From Camelus ferus (taxonomy: Eukaryota), in contig NC_045707.1 of NCBI RefSeq assembly GCF_009834535.1, positions 57,414,001 through 57,478,000 of the forward strand: a stretch of 64,000 nucleotides of DNA, given 5' to 3'. Within the stretch, counting starts at the first letter, position 1, and every line of letters begins with the position of its first letter. The position numbers and the translations under genes are program-made. This document shows positions 51,872 to 64,000 of the stretch, in pieces. Below the pieces are notes generated by a model. It saw only the letters and a list, made by a program, of their open reading frames with translations, had not been told where the DNA came from and did not search any database.

Positions 51872-51998
51872 AAGAAAACAATGATTTAACCTCATGATAA
51901 AATGAGAGACAATGGACTTCTGAATGCCAATTTGAGCTATTACTATTATTTTTTAATGTGCTTCAGAAATAGACCTATGATTTTTCCGTGCTTGAAAG

Positions 51999-52029
51999 TG
52001 CAATTTTCTATCTGGCCACCAGGTAGCAG
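51999..52029 (+). promoter_or_regulatory. Candidate CTCF site with upstream motif
   Basis: tggccaccaggtagcag (one change from CCACCAGGTGGCAG), preceded by tgcaatt at upstream-motif spacing. Confidence 0.5.
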
Positions 52030-52685
52030 ACAAATGCCTTGCAAGAAGGGCTCTTCAATCACTCGAACCTGAAAATGTCATGAACTTACAACAAAAGGAA
52101 TGTAAATTAAGCCAAAGAAAGTGATTGATAAGCACATTGGTTCTTTCTTTTTAAAAATAAAAGATGTCAGAAGGCATATGCTAAAATAAAACATCTCAGC
52201 CATTTTTCCATCTCAGTATACTTAAAAGTTTTTATCAGCTATCAATTACTTTGTGGGTTTGGATTGAAGAGGCAGGGTCTCCTTTCGCTGAAAGTGAGCA
52301 AGTAGTAAGAAGAGGAGAAATGTCCGCATGTACACCACCTGTTTCCTGGAGTTACCTGACTAGATAACCTGTCTAAAGAAGGTGAACACTGTGAAATGTT
52401 ACCATAGTTAATCTATTTGACAGAGACTTCCCTAGAAATTCTCTTTAGTCACAGGAAAGCTAGCTGTAAAAAAGAAAAAAAAGGTGAGTTCTCAATTTAA
52501 CCTGGTACGTAAGTGCTATCAGAGTTTAGTTTAGTCATTGGCACATTTTAAATTAAACTCCAGTCCATCAACTACAAAATCAAAAAAATCGCAGTATAAA
52601 ATTTTTGTTTGTAGGCAAATTTGAACAAATTATTCTTTCATACACAAGATCAACAAGATGTGCACTTTTCATTTAATTTAAAGTG

Positions 52686-53173
52686 CAGGCATACCTCGTT
52701 TTAGTGCTCTTTGCTTTATTGTGCTTTGCAGATACTGCTTCCTTTACAAATTGAAAACGTGAGGCAACTCTGAGACGAACGAGTCTAATGGTGCCATTTT
52801 TCCAGTAGTATTTGCACTTCGTGTCTCTGTGTCACATTTTAGTAATTCTCACAGTTTCAAACTTTTCCATTTATATTTATTATGGTGATCTGTGATCAGT
52901 GATCTTTGATGTTACTATTGCAAAAAGATTATGACTCACTGAAATCTCAGATTATGGTTACTATTTTTTAGCAATCAAATATTTTTTGATTAAGATATAT
53001 GCATTTTTTTTTTTAGACATGGCACTATTGCATACTCAGTAGACTACAGTATAGTGTAAATGTAACTTTTATAGGCACTGGAAAAACAAAAAATTTGTGG
53101 CTCGCTTTATTGAGATATTTGCTTTATTGTGGTGGTCTGGAGCTAAACCTGCAGTATCTCTGAGGTATGTCTG
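52686..53173 (+). mobile_element. Tigger1-derived non-autonomous element (Tigger1a-type)
   Basis: TIRs caggcatacctcg ... gaggtatgtctg followed by ta. Confidence 0.92.
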
Positions 53174-53979
53174 TAATCACTTAATGTTATAAATACCTCC
53201 CCTGGGTTTTATTTAAACAAGCTTCTCTGAAGGATAATTAGTCTTAGGAAGAATTAAGTTGGAAAACTTGTCTGTGAAATCTGGGATTTCTAACCATCGC
53301 TCTCCCAGGTCTTTAACTCTTACACTCTCTGTAACTCTCCATCTTCCCTGAGTGCTGAGTGTTCACATGACTGGCCCTCCTTCCCCTTCTCCACACCTGT
53401 TGTCACAGCCTCAGTTGCTATAAAAGATATGGTGACCTGCTTTCAAAGTTACCCTTCCAAGCACCGACTGCATTTTTATAGGGCTTGACTATTTAAGCTG
53501 AAGGGAGAACTTTAGACTAGGAAATCAGAATGCTGGGTTTAAATTCCAGCTCTGCTGCCTACTGGCAGATTGCTTAACCTCTGTATGATTTCTTTGCCTT
53601 TTATGTGAGAAGAGGGAGGGAGGTACAGGACCAGCTCACGGGGCTGCTGCGAGCCTTAAGTGAGATCATGGGACAGTAAGTCTGGCATGATGCAATCTCT
53701 TAATGAGTGTTCGTTGTATGTCTTCATTACAAGGGAGGTTTTTTAATAAGCCCCTTCTCGGGTTTTCCCTTAAATAGGCCAGAGGATTCTGAGCGTGGGT
53801 ATGAGTTAATGCCTAGATTGCAGTTTGAAAAAACAACTGTTCATGGCAACAGTTGTCATGCTGTGTCGCCCTGTGCAAGGCATCCGATCCTTTCTACAAA
53901 TGAACCCAGACAGTCAAATACTGTGTTTACTGTAGTCGCAGAGCTCTTTTTCAACTAAGTTCAAAGGTAAGATCTCAGA

Positions 53980-55150
53980 TGACTAATAGACCTCTCAAAC
54001 CTAGTACATCCAGAGTCAAACTTTTGACCACCTCACCCCCCTTTTCTGTGCCCCCTAATCTTAATTTATGGCAGCTTCAACCTGCCAGTTTTTTAAGCCA
54101 TATACATTGGAGTGACCCCCAACTCCACTATTTCTCTCACATCCAACATCTAGTTTGTTAGATAATTGTGTTGCCTCAAACCTTCAAAATATATGCAGGA
54201 GCTGACCACCTTTCACTAATCCCATCGCCATCATCTTGGTCCCAGCCACCATCTCTCCCTTGAATTACTCTGATAACTAACCGGTCTCCCTGGTTCCACA
54301 TCCCCACCCCCAGACTGTTCTCAGCATAGCAGCCAGGTACTTTAGAAATACAACTCAGATTGTGTCACTCCTCTGCTTAGAACTCTGTCATGACTCTTCA
54401 TCTAAAGTAGAAGCCAAGGTTCTTAAACGTCCCTCAAGGCTTTCTGTAACCCAGCTCTCACTTCTCTGCCTCACGTCCCACCACAGGCTCACTCCCCTCC
54501 AGTCACATTGGCCTCTTGCTGTTCCTCGAAAATGCCAGGCATGTCTCCCTTCAGGCCTTTCTGCCCAGAATGATCTCCCCCAAGACTGCTGTTTGACTAA
54601 TTCCTGCAGGTCTTTCAAAGCTGTGTTCAGGCCTTATCTTCACAGCGTGGTCTACTCTAACCACTCTGTTTCATATTGCAGCCTGCCTGTCCACACTCCG
54701 CACATCCCCAGCCCGTGTTACCCTATTCTACTCAGTCTCCTGTTCCTTAGTACTCATCACCCCCAACAACATCTATGTGTGTCAGTGTGCTCTCTTTCCA
54801 TCTTTTATGCTGCTTACTTCACTAATTTTTGCTCTTTTATATCAGAATAATAACATCAGAATTAGAAGCTCAGGAATTAGCTTTGAAATCTCCCTATCTT
54901 TCCTCTCATCCAATAGCCAATACTGCAGCAGATCCTACAGATTTTTACCTCTCCAGTGTCTTTCAATTTCATCTACTTCTCTCCATCTCCACTGTTGTTC
55001 TAGTCCAACCTTCCAACCACTGCATCTCACCTGGAAAATCACAGTGGGTTCGTATCTGGATATTTTACATTGACTCTTGCCCCCTACAAGTCGTTCTCCG
55101 CTTTAAGAGTGATTCCTATTTGTTTGCGTGGTTCTTCTGGGGTCCCAGGC
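53980..55150 (+). mobile_element. L2 fragments
   Basis: ccttcaaaatatatgcagg...cccagccaccatctctc...cagattgtgtcactcctctgcttagaac. Confidence 0.75.
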
Positions 55151-55529
55151 GTTAAGAGTCGGGTGACATATTTCTCAGCTCATGGCTCACTTCATCATCA
55201 GTCTGTGCAGTGTTCTTCTCTTATTTTACAGTTTATTATTTCTTCCCTGTATTTCCCATCCCATTTTTCCTCTTCTCATTCTGCTTATTCATGGAGGTAG
55301 ATATACTTGTTAATAAATATGATACTATTTCAGCATAATGGGTTTTAAAACTATAAATGTTACTATGCAAAGATTATATTCTGTATCTTATTTTTTCTTC
55401 ATTCAATACTATGCTTTTAAGATTTATCCAGGATGCTGTCTGTGCATCTAATTAAGGACCCCTGCCTGCTGCCTAGCACTTTATTGAATGCATTCGCTGC
55501 ACTTTTACTCATCATGCCATGAACCCGAA

Positions 55530-56690
55530 TTCTTTTGTTCAGTGTGCATTTAATGACCAGCAACTAAGGATCAGGCAGTTTTCTAGACCATTGGAGATAA
55601 TAAGAGCAAATAAAATAACAAAAATGCCCTCAGAAGCTTGTATTCTAGTGGTAGAGACATAATAACAAGATGCATAGGTAAAATATAGATTATATTGAAT
55701 GGTAATAATTACAGTAAAGCAGGAAAGGAGGTGTAAGAAGTGTGCAAGGTATTGAGGATGTCAAGGAACACCTCTGTGTTCAGAGAAGGTGACATGTAAG
55801 ACCTGAAGGAAGTGAGGGTATGAGCCATGGGTATTTGAAGGAGGAGCATTCCAGGCACAGGACTAAGTTTCAAGTCCTGAGGTAGGAGGGAGCAAATGTG
55901 TGCAAGAAACAGCAAGGAGGCGATGGGCTGGAGCAGAGTGAACCAGGGAAAGAACAGTGCAGGTGAGAGGAGAGAATGTGGAGAGTGCTCTTCTAGCACT
56001 TTGTAGATCACTTCAAGGAATTTAGTTTTTGTGCTGAATTTAGATGAGAAATTATTGCAGTATTTGAGCAGAGGAATAACATGATCAGATGTATGTTCCA
56101 TCAGGAACTTCCTGATACTGAGAATTGATGGAAAAGGGCAAGGCAGGAACAGAGAGACTAGGTAAGTGAGCCTTGCAGTAATCTTATGTGAGAAAATGGT
56201 AGTTTAAACCAACATGGTAGCAGTGGAGGGGACAAGAAGTTCTTTGGTTTTTTGATATATTTCAAAGGTGGAGCCAACAGAATTTTTTGATAAATCATTG
56301 TAGTGCATGAAATAGAGTCAAAGATGACACAAAGGTTTTTTTCTTTTTCTTTTTCTTTTCTTTTTTTTTTTTTGCCTGAGCAACTGAAATAATAAATTGT
56401 CATTTACTGCATAGGGAAGATAAAAAAATTCAGTTTTGCCCACGTGCAGTTTGAGATGCCTATTAAACATCTAAGTGGAGTGGTTGATCAGACAATTGGA
56501 TTTATGACTTTATAGTTCAGAGGGAAAAAGCTAGACTAGAGATATAAATTTGGGAGTCTTCACCATGTGGTAATATGTAAAACCATGAGACTGAATGATT
56601 TCACTAAGGGAATAAGTGTAGCAGATAAGACACTGATGCCTGAGTCATCCTAACATTTTTAGATTAGGGAGATGAAGAAAAAATAGCAAA
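55530..56690 (-). mobile_element. L2 3' region
   Basis: agaaggtgacatgtaagacctgaaggaagtgaggg...ttcagttttgcccacgtgcagtttgagatgcctatt. Confidence 0.85.
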
Positions 56691-56949
56691 AAAAAAAAAA
56701 AAAATTAAGGGTGTCCAGGGAGGCAATTCTTCATTTAGTCTATGAGAGATTTTCTAAAGACATGCCTTGTTCAGTTTACAGAAATACACCTCAGGTCAAA
56801 ACAACGATGGATGAGTTGACGAGATCAGGAGAAATTGCACATGAACATCACTTAGCTTAAAAAGCTTTCACTTTTTAAAAAAAATTTCATAAAAAGCTAA
56901 GGGACATCTGCAAGCAAGCAAAATAGGATGGGGGTAGAGGGCACGAGTC

Positions 56950-57210
56950 CATGTCCAGTGATTGACAGTCTTTCTCTCCGGCTCAGCCATTGCTCACTAC
57001 CAGCAGGTGCGTCTCTCCGTCTCACTTGCAAGGCTTACCTGATAGTCTGTCCGCACGTGGCAGTTTGCAGGCAGCTCTGCACACTCTCAGGGACTCAGTG
57101 CCTCTCCGTCTGGCCAGCAGACCCAGGCGCTAACTGGGGAATCTGGGCACTCTGGAAGGGCCTCCCATTTGGTTGCTTTGCAGTTGTATCAGCCTCCTTT
57201 ATTGGTTAGA
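56950..57210. promoter_or_regulatory. Candidate PBX/MEIS + E-box + CCAAT regulatory module
   Basis: TGATTGACAG at 56959-56968, CAGGTG at 57004-57009, CACGTG at 57054-57059, CAGTTG at 57181-57186 and ATTGG at 57201-57205, with raised GC and CpG content. Confidence 0.5.
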
Positions 57211-57589
57211 CCCAAAGTTACATAAGCCATTATTACATCATTGATTATAGAAAGTTTTTGCAAGTGGTGTCACTCCTTATGAATATAGTCCAGAACTTCC
57301 TTTATTTACTTTTCAAAATGTACTTACATCCTTGAGGCATAGCAGGTGTTTATCTCCTTTGACTAAGGTGCTCTTTGCTCATTTGAAATAGAGTGAACAT
57401 GTTTATAACTTTAACAACTAGTTAGAGAAACATGTTTCCAAGCAAAAAAAAAAAAACCACTTTTGGTGGGTAAGCTTGTTTACCACTTTAAGCACAGCAG
57501 AACAGATTTTTATTCATTCTGTTAAACTGTAGGATGAAGCATATTTGACATATTTAAAATATTGTTTCAAACAGGACCCATGACCGACC

Positions 57590-58098
57590 CTATTATCACT
57601 CTTCTGCTTCAGATTCTTCAAGGGCTTCCTGTCACTCTTAAGACAAAGACCGAAATATCTAAAGTGGCTTCAGGGATCCTACAAGGTCTGACCTCAGCAT
57701 GTCTCTAGTTTCATCTCAAAATAATCCTTTTCTTCCACACTGATTGAACCCCTGTTCAGTGCAGGGACTTTGTATGCAGCTCCCTCTGCCTGGAAATCTC
57801 TTGCCTAAACCCACTGCCCAGTTACCCTCCATTCACCCAGTTAACTCCCTTAAATCTCCCATCATTTTATTTCTTTCTCAGGGAAGCATTCCCTGACTCT
57901 GCAGACTGTATCTCTTGCTCTTAAAGCACCATATGTTTTTCCTTTCTAACGACTGTATCCTTTGTAATTAAACTTTTATCTGAATAATTATTTGATTAAT
58001 ACCTTCCCAATTAGAAAGTACACTCCACTGCATTCCAGCAGTTAGCACAGTGCCATGTTACCTAGTAGGTTTTTATTAATATTTGTTGAATGAATTAA
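57590..58098 (+). mobile_element. L2 3' region
   Basis: tccctctgcctggaa...tcagggaagcattccctgac...aatatttgttgaatgaat. Confidence 0.8.
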
Positions 58099-58149
58099 TA
58101 AACAGAAAGTACTTGTCATTGGGTTTTAGTGGAACAGCACAGCTTTCTT

Positions 58150-58351
58150 TTCCTTTTCATTTTTCATTTTTTCTTTTCTTCCTATTTTATGTTTATTGAC
58201 ATATAATATTAATTTCAGGGATACAGCATAATGATTCAATATTTGTATATGTATATGTTGCAAAATCATCACCACAGTAAGTCTATAACTTACATTTACA
58301 TACATAGTTACATTTTTTCTAGTGATGAGAACTTGTAAGATCTAATCTCTT
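58150..58351 (-). mobile_element. L1MA-type 3' end, 5'-truncated
   Basis: Decayed T tract, gatacagcataatgattc...gtgatgagaacttgtaagatct; TSD agcacagctttctt at 58136-58149 and 58352-58365. Confidence 0.88.
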
Positions 58352-59709
58352 AGCACAGCTTTCTTACAATGTTTATTTTTTTCACTTAAAAAATCCAAGT
58401 TGAAAAGAGCAAGTTACATTGAGGAATTCTGCATGTAATATAGGCATCTCACATTTACCACAAAACTGAATTTTTTACCTTAGTGATGCAGAAGTTAGGA
58501 GAATGGATACTTGTCATTCATGCACAGTGAGCTTTCAGACAACAAATACGACCTCTTGTCAGTCTAGGTTCTAAAATCTATGCATTACTTTTGGAAGAGC
58601 ACAGCTTACCAAGAAATAAATGTGAGTGGAATTTGGCTCATCCATAGTTCTTATAATGAATTTTGGGATTTTTATAGAACATAACCACAATGCTTGTGGG
58701 TATGAGTCATGAAATGCCTGAATCGAATATGCTCACATTCAATCAAAGAGAGAATTTTGACAACTCTGTTGACACTTCAATGCTTCCACTAGATATTTTT
58801 AAATTGTAATATATATTCTGGGCTGACCAGCGTCCAGATTCCTTGATTATTGTTAAATAGGCTTGCAGAAGAATTCTGGATTGCCATTGATATCATGCTG
58901 CCCAAAGATTTATTACATATCTGCGTGGAAAACCACAGCATTGTTCTTCCTGTCTGAGAGGAGACATTTTTGCCTCAGTGCCTACTGACTGCCCACCTCC
59001 ACAACTCCCCCCCCCTTTTTTTTAACTCTAAGCCCAAACACCCACTTTTTTCTTTGTTTCCTTGCCTTCTCCTTGGATCATTTGGGTAGGGAGACAAAAT
59101 GGGGTACAACTTGTAGGCTAAGAGACTTGGAGTTGATTTTAGGCTTAAATGAGTCAAAGGAAGGGGTCTTGTCGAGTGTGGGGTAGAAAAGGGCAGAAAG
59201 TTTGAAGTGGGGAGAGTTAGGAACAGCAAAGAACTGAAGATCTTGCCCCACTGGGGCAGCGTGCCTTCCAGAAGACAGCTTTCTCACTGCGAGAAAGCAG
59301 CAAGCTTGACAGTCAAGCAGACTCTGTTAGCAAAATTATAAAGCTTTAATTAAGCTAGACTCTGAAAAAGTTGCACTCATTTTTGCCCTTATTTGTGCCT
59401 TTTCGTGTAATGCTGTTTAATTTTCATCATAGCACTTATCACTACCTAAAATGTTCTTATTTACCTGCTTATTATTTTATTGCTTATCATTTATTTGCTT
59501 GTTAGTTTATTGTCTGTAGTCTCCTTAGCTCTACTCTGTCCTTGACAGTTTTTTTCTGAACTGTATTCCCACTACCTAGAAAAGCATATGGCACTGAGTA
59601 GACCCCCAAGAAAACTTTACTAAAGGAATTAAAACATGTTTGAAGTCCCAATATATATTTCTATCTTCTCTGTTAAGTCATTCCCTCTGTAAGTTATCCT
59701 GGAGTATAT

Positions 59710-60100
59710 TTCATTCATCCATCCAGCCAGTCATTCGTTTGTTTGTTCATTCCTTCGTTCACTCATTTATTTATTCCTGCAACAATCATTCACTGAGTGT
59801 GTGGGGGATGCTAAACATTCTGAGAAACAACGAGGCTATATGGTTGAAGAAAACTGCTTGCAGTAGTCTGGAGAGGAGACAGGAAGTGCCGGACCGTAAT
59901 AGAGATGTCCACAGGCTTTCATGCGAGTGCATAGGAAAGAGCTACTAATCCAGCCTCGCAGGGGCAGAAAAGGCTTCCTAGAGAAGAGATCCTTTAAACT
60001 GAGATCTGAAGAGTGAATAGAAGGGGATTGCATTTCAGGAAGAAGAAACAGCAACTCCAAAGCTAAAATAGAGCCTGGCACGTGTTGAGAGCTATGTTGT
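59710..60100 (-). mobile_element. L2 3' region
   Basis: Degenerate (ttca)n tail; aaggcttcctagagaagag...ctgagatctgaaga. Confidence 0.7.
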
Positions 60101-62754
60101 TCATCTGACAAATCCCAGCAAGGACACAATACACTGCCCATAGTAAGTACTCAGTAAATATTTACCACAATAGTTGTATGGTTTCTTCACTGAAAAACAG
60201 AATAATTGTGGAAACTAAAAAAATCATCCATCATCCATAATGAATTATTCTGTGCTCTCCTTACCTTGATTTAAGATCTATATAATTTCTGTCTCCTGCT
60301 GTATCAACACATGGCCGAATAGCATTCATCTACACACATTCTATGTTAAATATCTTATAGGGCAGAGTCTGTGTCTTATATGTGGTGCCATTGCTGCATC
60401 ACACTTCACATTTTGATGGCACAGCAGCTCCTGTTATGGATGATGAGAAGGACATGAATACCAGTCAGTTTCCCAGCCCAGACCCTCCATGTCTCAAGGG
60501 AGTTCATCACCCACCTCTGTCTTAGGAGAAGGAAAGCAGGTGCTTAAAACCTATCGAAAAGCTTTCACTGTTCGGCAAAAACAGTAAATTCAATTATTCG
60601 TTCCGTATCCTGGGTCTTCAGTATATTCCATGCTAGTTAATTCAGAATTACTTTGGAGGATTTCTTGGCTATCATAATTCATGGCTAGCTTCTCTCTGTT
60701 CTTTATGGTTTCTAGCCAACTCCCATCTGTTTTGTAGTTTCAGTAGGAACTTGTCACAGAAGAGATTCACTGCCTACCTAAGGTTCAAAGGAGTAGCACA
60801 AAAGCTGTGGAGATGTTTCACATCTCAATCTGTAAGAAAAATGCAAATGCTAGTACCCAGGGAACATAGGAAGCCTGTTAGTCAGAAAATGTGCCAGTTA
60901 TTATGGAGATCATGAAAAGACATCCAAAACACGTAGTTCAATAGTTCCTTCACTCTAAGACAAAACCACAAAAATCATATGGAATAGAACAGGCCCCTAA
61001 GGAGAGGAATTGCTGGGACGAGGTCAGTTATAAACTGACATAACATTTAGCATCCTACCGTCATGGCCATCTCAACCCCATGGCCTTTAATCATCTCCAG
61101 TTCATTCCCTTTTCTCTCTTTTCCTCATCCTTCCTCCCTTTCCCCACAGAACACGTACAAAATTAGGAACTTTAAAACAATTTTATTTTGTTGACACCAT
61201 TTAAAAATATAACAGTTTTACACAAAATTTGAGATTCTTAGTTTCTCTTAAGAAAACTTGGGCCTGCCTTCTTTCTTGATGATAATTAAATTGCAAGGGC
61301 CGGCACTGTAAGCTCCGTGGGTTCTCTGTTTGCCCCAATCCTCACTAATCCCTTTAATCACACACAGACTCTTTCACATGTTTACATTATCTATCTAGTT
61401 TCTATAGAAGTTTGAGTTTCATTTCTCTGGTTTCTCTTTGAGTGCCTGTGTATCTTTTAGGGCGTATGTCACTGAATGTCTCCTCTTGTAGTTATCAATC
61501 CAAGTTCTTCCTCTTACTCAACTCTTAGCTCTAGAAGAGTTCTTTGCTTCATTTTTGGATTTCCAAAGGGCCTATCATGATGTTCAGTGAATATCTGATG
61601 GAAAGATAATGCTGTAGATGAGAGAATGCCACAGAGTAGAGAAAGGACTGCCATCGGAGTTAGGATGTCTGGCTTTCATGTTAATGAGCTGTGTGATCTT
61701 TGGCAAGATACATGCCATCCGAGGGTCTCAGTTTCTGTGTTTTTAAAAACAGAGAAGTTAGTTTGGATAACCATCACTTTCTTTATTCTAGAAATTTATG
61801 ATTCTAGAGTTCTTTGAGCTGGACTTTCCTCAATTTCTATAAATTTGCCAGCCAGATCACGAAATCCCCACCCACTTCCCCACTGAATATGGGTGGGAAA
61901 TTATTCTGATTATAGTTTTGCAAAGGCAGGCAAGAGAGCATGTCAAGGAAAATAATACTTGGCACATTGTGAATGAGATTTTGAACCAAATATTTTTAGA
62001 CTGCATTTATTCTTTGATGTGCCGTTATCTGAATCCTCCTTGCAGGGCTCCTGTTTCAGATGTGATTTAGAGTTAATAATATGGTAAGAATCAAGCAACT
62101 CTGTCTTCCCAGTTATGCCACACAAAAGGGAGAACTCATGATGAAAAATTTGCCGAGTCATGTGTTCCTTTATGTTCTGCAGAGCAGAGAGAATTCTGTT
62201 GCCACTTGAAAGATAAATAATAATAATTGTAATATGTTCTTCTTTATTCCCAGCAGGGCTGTCAGAATCTGAATTGTACTTTTCTGCAATCTTGCACCTG
62301 GGGATACAGGCTCCCTGGTGTCTTTGGGAGGCTCAGAATCATGTCAGGGTATGTTCTCTTTCCCCTGTCTTGGCCTCAGACTGGATGTCTCAAGTAGAGG
62401 AAGTGACTGTCTCCTTAAAATGTATCATTGCAGAAATATTAATTAACCATTGGAGGAAATTTTAAATACAAATAAAATTTTATATTTTTATAAATTGAGA
62501 AACATTAGAATTGAAATCACCTAAACTGTTGCCATGCAGACAGTTACTCTTAACAATTCCAAATTCAAGCAAGTGCATATAATTTTGAAACGGGTATTTG
62601 TCATTTTATCTTCTGGTATCTTTCCCCTTCCTACCAGCACTCTGCTACCCTAAGGAGTTCCAGGTCTACCTCCCTGGTGCATAATGTAGGTGAGATGGCA
62701 AATTTAGTATTAGGGAGAAACATTGTTTCCCAACTTTTACGTTTCTATATGGAG

Positions 62755-62953
62755 CAGTCTTTCTCAGCCTGAGCACCACTGACATTTTGAATCTGGCCTT
62801 TTTTTGTTGGAGAGCTGTCCCGTGCTTTGTAGGATGGTTGGCAGCATCCCTGGTCTTTGCCCACTGGATGCCAGTAACACCCTTCCATTTTAACAGCCAA
62901 AACTTTCTCCAGATACTGCCCCAGGGGCCAAAGTGTCCCCATTGAGAACTAGC
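62755..62953 (+). mobile_element. MER20 (hAT-Charlie)
   Basis: ttctcagcctgagcaccactgacatttt...tgtaggatggttggcagcatccctgg...ttgagaact. Confidence 0.85.
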
Positions 62954-64000
62954 AGTAGAATGTGACTGATAAAGAGTAAGATTCCGGGCCTCTTAGGAAG
63001 GAAAAGTGACTTTGCTGTTTGGAGACTTTGAGGGAAAGAACTAAGGCGCAGAGCCTGTGCCTTCTACATTCCCTTTGGAATCTGTTTGTTCCCAGAGAAT
63101 ATATGATGGTCTGCCCTCAGGCTTCTGGTAGTACAATTGGGGCTTGAAGTTAGAGTGGTGGTTTACTCAGTTAAGTGTTCATTTTTCTTCTGTAAACCTA
63201 GCTGATAGTCAGAATTGCACAACAGGGCATTCTTTACATGAAGGTTGCGTAGTAGACTTGAAACTGGCATGATTTAGGTGGGTGGCTCTGGAATGTGGGA
63301 TTTTGTGAGTGCAAGCTACAAGCTACGTGATTATTTTGACCTTGACAGGTCATCAGCTTAGGGTGGCTTTATCTTCAGGCAATTGACTGTATCTCAGCAA
63401 AAACGGACCATGATCGCCTTGGCAGATGTTGGCTGCTTGGGCTCCAGAATGCAAGCTGCTGTCGCTTGACTGTAAATTGTATTCTGTCATATCTCTGCAA
63501 AGGAGACAGAAAAGTGGGTTCATTCTTTTTGCACATTGATAGGGAGAGAAATATTTGCTGCTTATGCTCTGGTTTGTTGTTTTTTTTTTTGTTTTTTTTT
63601 TTGTTTGTTTGTTTTTTTTGGCCAAGCTTTCGGATTGGGACTTTGAAGAGCAGAGGCTGTTGAGTTCCAAGTGGACTCCACTCGTGAATTTCAGACTTAG
63701 AATTATTAATGCCAGGCCTAGACAGAGCTAGGTCAGCTGCCTGGAATTCCATCTTTCGTTTTGTTGTCTTTAACTGCATTCTTGGCAAAGTAAGAGCTAC
63801 CCCCTTTGATTCCTGTTTCCTGTCCACACGTTCGTGCGTGTATACCCTCCACTGCCATCACCACAGGGTCTCAGAATGGCTGTGGCTTTGTTCACTACGT
63901 AAGTTCTGACCTTAGTTTTAAATTTCAGGGGCCCAAACTGTAATTTTATTCATATTAGGTTGGTCAATTTTGGAAATCATGAAAAAAAAAATTTATGTAG

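Noticed and set aside
54362..56101. ORFs of 98-162 aa
   Set aside because: They lie in decayed L2 sequence and are chance frames.
1..64000. CRISPR arrays, operons, NUMTs, processed pseudogenes
   Set aside because: No regularly spaced repeats, bacterial-type genes, mitochondrial sequence or intronless gene copies were recognised.

Overview
AT-rich mammalian genomic DNA, most likely camelid because it carries two tRNA-Ala-derived Vic-1-type SINEs. It holds the 3' half of LIN7A (Veli-1/MALS-1) on the + strand. The window opens inside a PDZ-coding exon (1-102). A 28.5-kb intron follows, then the last coding exon (28657-28875, PDZ end plus polyQ), whose TAG stop abuts a GT donor. A 7.5-kb 3'-UTR intron leads to a long terminal exon starting at 36352 and probably ending near 41.6 kb. 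The rest is repeat-rich intergenic DNA (L1, L2, MIR, MaLR/ERV LTRs, Tigger1, MER2, MER20, Arthur1-like). No prokaryotic-type system, CRISPR array or second protein-coding gene is supported. The most notable observations are: a 5'-complete, 3'-truncated, tail-less L1 inside a perfect 17-bp TSD; two local templated-insertion duplications; a chimeric L1 inside one TSD; an in-phase 25-codon frame at the start of the 'non-coding' terminal exon; and several candidate regulatory modules downstream. Repeat family names and boundaries were recognised by eye and are approximate.
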